A stretch of 5,597 bases of DNA from an uncultured archaeon (GTDB taxonomy: Archaea > Asgardarchaeota > Lokiarchaeia > Sigyniarchaeales > Promethearchaeaceae): positions 28,432 to 34,028 of the forward strand of contig CAYRPF010000032.1 of assembly GCA_964426185.1 (NCBI GenBank), written 5' to 3'. The notes beneath the pieces are model-generated. The model worked only from the letters and a program-made list of their open reading frames with translations, was not told the origin of the DNA and did no database searches. How positions within the stretch are numbered: position 1 is the stretch's first letter; every line of letters starts with the position of its first letter. The position numbers were made by a program, and so were the translations under genes. Of this stretch, positions 1-5,597 are shown one piece after another.

Positions 1-218
1 CCATATGATCCTCCATAAGCAAGAATATCGTCTCCGGGAATATCTCCTGAACTATTTGCAAATTCATCCCAGATATATGTATAATTATTAACTGAATCAC
101 TCTTTCTTGGAAGAGAAAGAACAAGAAGGGATTGAGGTAGTTTGGTAAATGTGGTTGAATAATTAAGTCCTATCAATAGGCAAATTAAAATTATATTGTT
201 CACCATGTGGTTTCTCAT
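1..218 (-). CDS. Partial CDS (runs off the left edge): hypothetical secreted or membrane-anchored protein, probable glycoprotein
   Basis: Manual translation from ATG 218 (alternative in-frame ATG 206) is open to the edge: MRNHMVNNIILICLLIGLNYSTTFTKLPQSLLVLSLPRKSDSVNNYTYIWDEFANSSGDIPGDDILAYGGSY. It has an N-terminal hydrophobic stretch (IILICLLIGL) and three N-x-S/T sequons. An in-frame stop upstream (246-248) makes 218 the first ATG. Not in the ORF track because the stop lies outside the window. Confidence 0.75.
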   Translation of the reverse strand, partial: MRNHMVNNIILICLLIGLNYSTTFTKLPQSLLVLSLPRKSDSVNNYTYIWDEFANSSGDIPGDDILAYGGSY

Positions 219-244
219 AATTAGTATAGATAATTCAATCCAAA

Positions 245-253
245 TTTATAAAA
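245..253. promoter_or_regulatory. Candidate archaeal TATA box (TTTATAAAA; palindromic core TTTATAAA 245-252)
   Basis: Lies about 27-34 nt upstream of the minus-strand ATG at 218, which has no SD motif. That spacing fits a leaderless archaeal transcript. The AT-rich background lowers specificity. Confidence 0.45.
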
Positions 254-269
254 TAAAGCCAAATTGCAG

Positions 270-287
270 AAAAATAGGCCTATTTTT
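270..287. promoter_or_regulatory. Perfect 18-bp palindrome AAAAATAGG|CCTATTTTT, candidate operator
   Basis: Exact inverted repeat with no spacer, in the divergent intergenic region. The palindrome is directly visible; its function is inferred. Confidence 0.5.
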
Positions 288-338
288 ATTGAAAAACTCT
301 CCCAAAATTCTAATTCATTCATTTTCTTATAGTGTTGT

Positions 339-401
339 ATGATTTACGTAATTGCCAAGAACCAACGGATTGATAAAAAACCTTATTTGTTGTTGTTGTG
401 A
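339..401 (+). other. Upstream ORF / candidate leader peptide MIYVIAKNQRIDKKPYLLLL* (20 aa)
   Basis: ATG 339 to TGA 399-401, with the last four sense codons all TTG. The stop overlaps the ATG at 401 (TGATG). Translation is unproven. Confidence 0.3.
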
Positions 402-415
402 TGTTGTTGTTGTGA
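388..415 (+). repeat. Perfect 14-bp tandem duplication (TGTTGTTGTTGTGA)x2 built from a TGT microsatellite
   Basis: 388-401 and 402-415 are identical. The second copy contains the likely GTG start (412) of the mannosidase. Confidence 0.92.
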
Positions 416-3400
416 ATCGCAAAGAAATCTTTCTCATACCTTATGCTCATTTAGATACCCAATGGCGCTGGGAATATCCCACGACCATCAAAAAATATCT
501 AAAAAACACCCTCGAAAGAAATATTTACTTGTTTGACAAATATACCGAATATACCTTCAATTTCACCGGTTCTTTACGTTATGAGATGATGAAGGAATAT
601 TATCCTTATCATTTTGAAAAAATAAAACAATTAATCAAGGAAGATAGGTGGCATATTGCAGGAACAGGTTTAGAGGAAACGGATGCATTGATTCCATCAG
701 TTGAATCGATGATAAGGAATGTTCTTTATGGAGATCAATGGTTTAAAAAAGAATTTGGAAAAAGTTCAAGAGATTATATGATCCCGGATTGTTTTGGATT
801 TCCGGCAAATATACCTACCATATTAAACCATTGTGGTATTATTGGGTTCTCTACTCAAAAACTCACATGGAATTCGTCGGTGGGGATACCTTTTGAACTC
901 GGGATTTGGGAAGGGTTGGATGGTAGTAAATTGGTGAGCGCCCTTAATCCATGCGCTTATGTGTCCAGATTATTTCCCATAGTTCAAAGAAGTTGGAGAA
1001 GATTAAGGAGATTGAATAATTTAGGAAAAAGGAATGGAATTTGGAAATCATTTCAATATTATGGGGTAGGCGATATCGGTGGCGCTCCTAAAGAAAGTTC
1101 AGTTAAACGAGCAATATCCAGCATGAATCTCTCTAAAAAACAACATAATGGATTAATTATCAAACAAGGTTCACCCGATCAATTTTTCACTGGATTAACT
1201 GGTGATGAAAAACGAAAAATGGATATATACAAAGGAGACCTTCTACTTATCAATCACAGCGCTGGATCTCTCACATCCGCAGCAATTATGAAACGCTGGA
1301 ATCGGAAAAATGAACAAATGGCTTTTACAGCAGAAATGGCGGCAGTTTCATCGAGTTGGGCTCATAATGTTCGGTATCCTCAAGAAAAAATTCAATCTGC
1401 TTGGTATCGTACAATTGGAAGCCAGATGCATGATATTCTACCTGGAACTTGCACCCCTACTGCGTATGAATTTTCATATAACGATGAAATTATCGCTCTC
1501 TCCACTTGGAATTCAATCTTGCTTGATTCAGCTCAAATTATTGCACCATTAATAAACGGAAGAGGTGAAATCTTGCTTTTCAACCCTTTGCCAATGGATC
1601 GCGATGAGCTGGTTGACGTTTTGATTCACAAGCCGAATTTTATCAACAAGGAAAAAATGAGAATACTGGATTCAGCAGGAAATACTTACCCAATTCAAGT
1701 AAAGAAGCATGAAAATGGAGATATTTCTATCTCATTCAAACCCAAATTAAAACCGGTGAGTTGGTCCCGCTTCTCGCTGGTTCATTTGGAAAAACTTGAT
1801 AAAATTATTGAACCGCATAATCGGAATTTGAATCAAGAGCAAAATGTAAAAATTAAGGAAGAAAACCTTGTTTATCTCATGGAAAACGCCTTTTATAGAA
1901 TCAGAATCACCAAAAGAGGTAAGATTGAATCAATTTATCACAAAAAATTAAGAAAAGAGCTACTCAAGGCTCCAATTGCCTATGAATTTCAGAAAGAACA
2001 GCCGAGGATGTTTCCCGCATGGAATATGGATTGGAAAGATAGAAAAAAAAAATCATTCGCTCGAATTGAAGGAGGGGATGAAGTAACTGTTATAGAAAAT
2101 GGAGCTATAAGGTGTGTCATTAGGATAACATCTAATTTTCAGAGTTCTAAATCATCAAATCCCTCTCGATTTGTCAAGGACGTAATTTTAGAAAAAAACT
2201 CCGAATTGGTGAAGTTTATAGAGCGAATTCACTGGAGAGAAAGCGGTTGTTCATTAAAGTTAGCATTATCGGTTAACCAAAATGCACCAGATGTTACCAG
2301 TAATTGGGAAACGTGCAGAATGACTCGAAATGTGAATAATTCTAAACTTTTTGAGTTTCCTTCCCGCTATTGGATAGACATCAGCGATAACAATGGAGGA
2401 ATATCCCTTATTGAGGATTGCAAATACGGATTCGACCGTCCGGATGAAAATACGATTAGAATGACCCTATTATACACCCCAGGATTGGAATTAATCCAAG
2501 GATTTAGGGATCAAAAATCTCAAGATTGGGGGGATCATACAATTAAATATGCCATTTATGCTCATGAAGGGGATTTCCGGTCAACTGATATGGTTGCTCG
2601 CCGATTTAATCAACCAATACGCGCCTTTTTGATTTTTGACAAAAAATCAGAAGAATCACAGTTTTCCAACCCATTCTCTTTATTTTCGGTTTCTAATCCT
2701 CAGATGGGAATACTTGCGGTAAAAAAACCAGAAAAAGAAGATGGGATCCTAATTCGAGTATATGAGAGATATGGAAAGGAATGTAATTCAGATTTCCATT
2801 TCTACGCCCACATTTTAAAGGTGGTGGAAGTAAACGGTTTGGAGGAGTTTATATCAGATATCCCTTTTGAAAAAGATAAGTTTTCTGTTAATTTGAAGGC
2901 TAACGGAGTACGTTCTTTTATCGTAAATGTTGAAAAATCCTCTTTTTCGCAGAAAGTGAAGCAAAAACCGCTTAAATTAGAATACAATTGCAGATTAATC
3001 GGGGAAAATGGTGATCTTCAAGCATTATTTCCCGCTGAAATAACCCCAGCTGAAATTAAAGCCGGAATTGTCTCCTATATTCTATATCCGAACTATAATT
3101 TGAACACTCTTAAATGTAACGGCCAAAAAATCAACAACATTCAGGGATTTAATACCCTATCCTTATTAATAGGAGCAGTGGATGAAAAAAACGCAGTATT
3201 TAAATGGTTAGATTCAAAAGGAAATGTTATTAAAAAAGAATCCCAGATGGTTTCTGCGATAACTGGATTTATAGGGCAATGGGATACTCGTATTTGGGCA
3301 AAAACACCGACCCACCAAACGAAATTAAAGCGGGATTATATTTGGTTGAATAAGTGTGTGGGGATCAAACCTGGTTTTGTTAATAGAAACCGTTTAGAAT

Positions 3401-3606
3401 GGTATTCAACTCACACTCATAAAAATGGCGCGGATGACCCCTACAAATTTGGATATATGTATACCATCAATTTGAATATTCCAGATAATGCTGAAGCACT
3501 TCTTTTACCCACAGACGAGCAAATTTTTGTGTTTGCAACCACTTTATCTTTGCAAAAATGTAAAATTATTAGCGCGCAAGTTCTTTCGGATAAATATGGC
3601 TATTGA
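412..3606 (+). CDS. Glycoside hydrolase family 38 alpha-mannosidase (N-terminal catalytic, middle and C-terminal domains, plus an extra C-terminal domain), about 1064 aa
   Basis: GH38 motifs: Zn-binding H-x-D in YAHLDTQWRW (448-471), nucleophile motif PDCFGFP (Asp 787-789), YYGVGDIGG (Asp 1072-1074), QMHDILPGT (His 1429-1431), LFNPL and MENAFYRI beta motifs, and a late KKPEKEDGILIRVYE motif. The ORF track starts at TTG 352. I prefer GTG 412 because 352-411 is largely repeat-derived (CCCCDVVV) and an SD-like GTGAT (398-402) precedes 412. Confidence 0.95.
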   Translation: MNRKEIFLIPYAHLDTQWRWEYPTTIKKYLKNTLERNIYLFDKYTEYTFNFTGSLRYEMMKEYYPYHFEKIKQLIKEDRWHIAGTGLEETDALIPSVESMIRNVLYGDQWFKKEFGKSSRDYMIPDCFGFPANIPTILNHCGIIGFSTQKLTWNSSVGIPFELGIWEGLDGSKLVSALNPCAYVSRLFPIVQRSWRRLRRLNNLGKRNGIWKSFQYYGVGDIGGAPKESSVKRAISSMNLSKKQHNGLIIKQGSPDQFFTGLTGDEKRKMDIYKGDLLLINHSAGSLTSAAIMKRWNRKNEQMAFTAEMAAVSSSWAHNVRYPQEKIQSAWYRTIGSQMHDILPGTCTPTAYEFSYNDEIIALSTWNSILLDSAQIIAPLINGRGEILLFNPLPMDRDELVDVLIHKPNFINKEKMRILDSAGNTYPIQVKKHENGDISISFKPKLKPVSWSRFSLVHLEKLDKIIEPHNRNLNQEQNVKIKEENLVYLMENAFYRIRITKRGKIESIYHKKLRKELLKAPIAYEFQKEQPRMFPAWNMDWKDRKKKSFARIEGGDEVTVIENGAIRCVIRITSNFQSSKSSNPSRFVKDVILEKNSELVKFIERIHWRESGCSLKLALSVNQNAPDVTSNWETCRMTRNVNNSKLFEFPSRYWIDISDNNGGISLIEDCKYGFDRPDENTIRMTLLYTPGLELIQGFRDQKSQDWGDHTIKYAIYAHEGDFRSTDMVARRFNQPIRAFLIFDKKSEESQFSNPFSLFSVSNPQMGILAVKKPEKEDGILIRVYERYGKECNSDFHFYAHILKVVEVNGLEEFISDIPFEKDKFSVNLKANGVRSFIVNVEKSSFSQKVKQKPLKLEYNCRLIGENGDLQALFPAEITPAEIKAGIVSYILYPNYNLNTLKCNGQKINNIQGFNTLSLLIGAVDEKNAVFKWLDSKGNVIKKESQMVSAITGFIGQWDTRIWAKTPTHQTKLKRDYIWLNKCVGIKPGFVNRNRLEWYSTHTHKNGADDPYKFGYMYTINLNIPDNAEALLLPTDEQIFVFATTLSLQKCKIISAQVLSDKYGY

Positions 3607-3639
3607 TTTCCTTTTATAATTCAATTTTCGCATAGCTAT
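3607..3639. terminator. Possible T-rich (archaeal-type) termination region between convergent genes
   Basis: 33-nt gap with TTTCCTTTT right after the GH38 stop and a further TTTT at 3625-3628. No GC-rich hairpin is present. Confidence 0.3.
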
Positions 3640-4179
3640 TTAGCTTATTTTTTCATAGGTCAGAATTACGATACCATCCATTACGTAATTACCCGTTAAA
3701 TGCAATTGAATCCGGGGATTTCTTCCTAAAAATAGTTTTTTACCATCTCCTAATATGATAGGTATGATTCCAACTATATATTCATCGATAATATCCGCTT
3801 TTATGAAATTATCCGTTAATAGTGCTCCTCCAAATAGCCAAATATTTTTTCCTGGAGTTTGCTTTAGTTCAAGAATCTGCTGAATGATATTTCCATGAAT
3901 TCTTTCCACTTTCTCCAGTTCAAAATTCAATGGTTTGTTAGAAGCAACTAGTATTTTCTGAGAAGGGAAATTCTTGCGGGTAATAGGTCCATTTTCTAAG
4001 TAAGTAGTTTTTCCCATGACGATTGTATCGACATCGGAAGCAAAATCTGACAAATCAAAGGATTTTAGAGTGTTTAGCTGTGAATCTAAATCCCCTTTTA
4101 TCCAATCATATCCTCCATCATTCTCTGCAATATATCCATCCAAACTCATGGCTAAATTGAGAATTATTTTTCTCTCCAC
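3640..4179 (-). CDS. Dihydrofolate reductase family protein (RibD C-terminal reductase domain-like), about 179 aa
   Basis: Family motifs RKIILNLAMSLDGYIA, DTIVMGKTTY, GKNIWLFGGALL and IDEYIVGIIPIILGDGKKLF. Start GTG 4179 (MERKII..., preceded by GGATGA) is preferred over the track's GTG 4191. True DHFR activity cannot be assumed for this family. Confidence 0.93.
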   Translation of the reverse strand: MERKIILNLAMSLDGYIAENDGGYDWIKGDLDSQLNTLKSFDLSDFASDVDTIVMGKTTYLENGPITRKNFPSQKILVASNKPLNFELEKVERIHGNIIQQILELKQTPGKNIWLFGGALLTDNFIKADIIDEYIVGIIPIILGDGKKLFLGRNPRIQLHLTGNYVMDGIVILTYEKIS

Positions 4180-4233
4180 TTCTTCATCCACTTTCCTTAA
4201 ATATAACTATTAAGAAGAAATTTGTTATTTCCG

Positions 4234-4249
4234 TTATAAAAATTTTTTT
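4234..4249 (-). promoter_or_regulatory. Candidate archaeal BRE/TATA element in the divergent DHFR-like/SDR intergenic region
   Basis: The minus strand reads AAAAAAA-TTTTTATAA, a purine run followed by a TATA-like box, about 45-55 nt upstream of the DHFR-like start candidates. The plus strand reads TTATAAAAA and could serve the SDR. Confidence 0.35.
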
Positions 4250-4306
4250 AAGGTTTGCGCTAAATTAAGAAATACTTTACGTTATTCTATCGATTTTGAT
4301 TTCAAA

Positions 4307-4312
4307 GAGTGA
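4307..4312 (+). promoter_or_regulatory. Ribosome-binding site GAGTGA, 5 nt before ATG 4318
   Basis: The same hexamer with the same 5-nt spacing precedes the next gene (5161-5166). It resembles the GAGGTGA-type SD common in archaea. Confidence 0.6.
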
Positions 4313-4317
4313 ACAAT

Positions 4318-5133
4318 ATGAAATGGAATTTTGAAGGTAAGACCGCCCTAATTACGGGTGGTGCTTCTGGGATCGGCAAGCAAATTGCCATGGATATGGT
4401 TAAATCTGGAGCATCCGTTGCCATTATAGATTTAGATGCCAATTTAGGAGAGAAGACCGCAGCCGAATTGCAACAATTGACTAAAGGAAAAGTTAAATTT
4501 TATCAAGGCTCTGTGGCGGAAAAATCATTTGTAGATCAAACCATTGCCAGCATCTTTCAAGATATTGGAGAGGTCGATTTTTTGGTAAACTGCGCCGGAA
4601 TTCTGCGGGATTTTATGATTCATAAATTTGATGAAAAAAAATGGGACTTAACCATAGATGTTAATCTCAAGGGAGTGGCGGTGGTTTCTCAAGCAGTGGT
4701 AAGCAAATGGGTTGAGATTTCTAAGAAAAAAGCAGAGGAAAAGGGAGAAAAATATCTACCCGTGCTGGAAAATCCTCCTCGCGTGATTGTCAATATTGCC
4801 TCCATGGCTGCCGATGGTAATATGGGTCAATTGGCTTATTCCGCCTCTAAAGCAGGAGTGGTGGGGATGACCCTAACTATGGCCAAAGAATTGAATAGAT
4901 ACAACATCCGGGCGCATGCTGTTAAACCCACTCTAATTGAAACCCCTATTATTGGAGATTTACTGCAAAAAGCGGATGGCAAGTTTCGAAATATGTATGA
5001 AAGTAAAATTCCCTTCGGAATTGGGAAAACATCCTATGTAAGCGATCCCGTTTGCTTCTTATGCAGTGAAGGGGGATATTTCATGAACGGCTGTATTATT
5101 CCCATTAACGGTGGAAAATTGGATGGTTTATAG
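4318..5133 (+). CDS. Classical short-chain dehydrogenase/reductase, FabG / 3-hydroxyacyl-CoA dehydrogenase type 2-like, probably NAD(H)-dependent, about 271 aa
   Basis: TGGASGIG Rossmann motif, Asp at the end of beta-2 (IIDLD, 4429-4431), NCAG, catalytic Ser (NIASM), YSASK (4837-4851) and C-terminal NGCIIPINGG. ATG 4318 is preferred over GTG 4309 because GTG 4309 lies inside the SD motif. Confidence 0.95.
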   Translation: MKWNFEGKTALITGGASGIGKQIAMDMVKSGASVAIIDLDANLGEKTAAELQQLTKGKVKFYQGSVAEKSFVDQTIASIFQDIGEVDFLVNCAGILRDFMIHKFDEKKWDLTIDVNLKGVAVVSQAVVSKWVEISKKKAEEKGEKYLPVLENPPRVIVNIASMAADGNMGQLAYSASKAGVVGMTLTMAKELNRYNIRAHAVKPTLIETPIIGDLLQKADGKFRNMYESKIPFGIGKTSYVSDPVCFLCSEGGYFMNGCIIPINGGKLDGL

Positions 5134-5160
5134 ACACAACAAATCAAAAACCCGAATAGT

Positions 5161-5166
5161 GAGTGA
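5161..5166 (+). promoter_or_regulatory. Ribosome-binding site GAGTGA, 5 nt before ATG 5172
   Basis: Identical motif and spacing to the SDR RBS. Confidence 0.6.
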
Positions 5167-5171
5167 GAATC

Positions 5172-5597
5172 ATGTATAAAGAAGAAAAAGGAGTTCAAAT
5201 TATTGATCCTGATATAAAAAAGAGCATTAGCACCCGGAATATTTTCAAGATTTTCAATGAATTGATATATTCCATGCTTTCTAAAGAAGAAATGGAATTT
5301 CTTTTAGAATTAGAAGATTTTATGCTTCGAGAAGTAGAACCAAGAATCGATTATGCGAAATCGGTTTATGAATTATTCCCCATTTTGGGAAAGGGTAATT
5401 ATATGCAGCGATTGAATCCATATGGAGAAGGAAAGCATTTTGGTATGCGGTATGAGCTGTTACTGGCAATGGTCACATCTATTGTCGATCCAGAATTAGA
5501 TTTAGCCCGGGTTGTTTCAGGTTTAATCTTTACAAATCCCATCTTTCAACATGCCAAAGAAAAAAATGAAAAGATGAAAAAAATTCTAAAAGATGTT
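5172..5597 (+). CDS. Partial CDS (runs off the right edge): acyl-CoA dehydrogenase family protein, N-terminal helical domain
   Basis: 142 open codons from ATG 5172: MYKEEKGVQIIDPDIKKSISTRNIFKIFNELIYSMLSKEEMEFLLELEDFMLREVEPRIDYAKSVYELFPILGKGNYMQRLNPYGEGKHFGMRYELLLAMVTSIVDPELDLARVVSGLIFTNPIFQHAKEKNEKMKKILKDV. LSKEEMEF...EDFMLREVEP resembles the ACAD N-terminal helix pattern, followed by the expected L(G)xxG, G-rich loop, xDP and 'KKIL' elements. The diagnostic TEPxxGSD motif would lie just beyond the window. Adjacency to an SDR supports the call. Confidence 0.75.
   Translation, partial: MYKEEKGVQIIDPDIKKSISTRNIFKIFNELIYSMLSKEEMEFLLELEDFMLREVEPRIDYAKSVYELFPILGKGNYMQRLNPYGEGKHFGMRYELLLAMVTSIVDPELDLARVVSGLIFTNPIFQHAKEKNEKMKKILKDV

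Noticed and set aside
343-351. TTTACGT motif in both divergent intergenic regions (343-349, 4276-4282) as a shared operator
   Set aside because: It is short and also occurs inside coding sequence (573-579, and TTACGTAA at 3681-3688), so it is compatible with chance.
352-411. N-terminal extension MPRTNGLIKNLICCCCDVVV with a Cys4 run (possible lipidation or metal site)
   Set aside because: It is the translation of the TGT repeat and is in frame only because of the 14-bp duplication. The TTG start has no SD, and family similarity starts after 412.
1310-1552. 80-aa plus-strand ORF
   Set aside because: Alternative-frame ORF nested in the conserved GH38 middle domain, with no recognisable motif.
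2043-2052. A10 homopolymer within GH38 as a slippage or phase-variation site
   Set aside because: The frame is intact (RKKKS), and Lys-codon A-runs are common throughout this AT-rich window.
2802-2987. 61-aa minus-strand ORF
   Set aside because: Antisense shadow of GH38, with no recognisable features.
3604-3699. Possible TGA read-through (selenocysteine) at the GH38 stop, since the frame stays open for about 30 codons
   Set aside because: The extension would run antisense into the DHFR-like gene. There is no redox motif and no evident SECIS-like hairpin.
4016-4213. 65-aa plus-strand ORF
   Set aside because: Antisense shadow of the DHFR-like gene. Its Ser/Phe-rich composition is typical of a reverse-complement frame.
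1-5597. Mobile element, CRISPR array, defence system, tRNA/rRNA or diversity-generating repeats
   Set aside because: On manual reading I found no transposase, integrase, RT or nuclease motifs, no spaced direct repeats, no long duplicated segments and no GC-rich structured RNA region.

Overview
AT-rich window with five protein-coding genes, two of them truncated by the window edges and absent from the ORF track. (1) A partial minus-strand gene (<1..218) for a probable secreted/surface glycoprotein. (2) A divergent, large GH38 alpha-mannosidase (likely start GTG 412, end 3606) with an extra C-terminal domain and no signal peptide. (3) A convergent DHFR/RibD C-terminal family reductase (3640..4179, -). 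(4) A divergent classical SDR (FabG / 3-hydroxyacyl-CoA dehydrogenase type 2-like, 4318..5133). (5) The 5' part of an acyl-CoA dehydrogenase family gene (5172..>5597), probably co-transcribed with the SDR. TATA-like boxes, GAGTGA/GTGAT ribosome-binding motifs, a T-rich hairpin-less region between convergent genes and a sequon-rich secreted protein suggest an archaeal, possibly Asgard/Lokiarchaeia-like, source (inference only). I see no mobile element, CRISPR array or RNA gene. The most unusual structure is the GH38 leader: an 18-bp perfect palindrome, then a 14-bp tandem duplication that creates two chained upstream ORFs ending in TTG-Leu runs and overlapping the mannosidase start codon.
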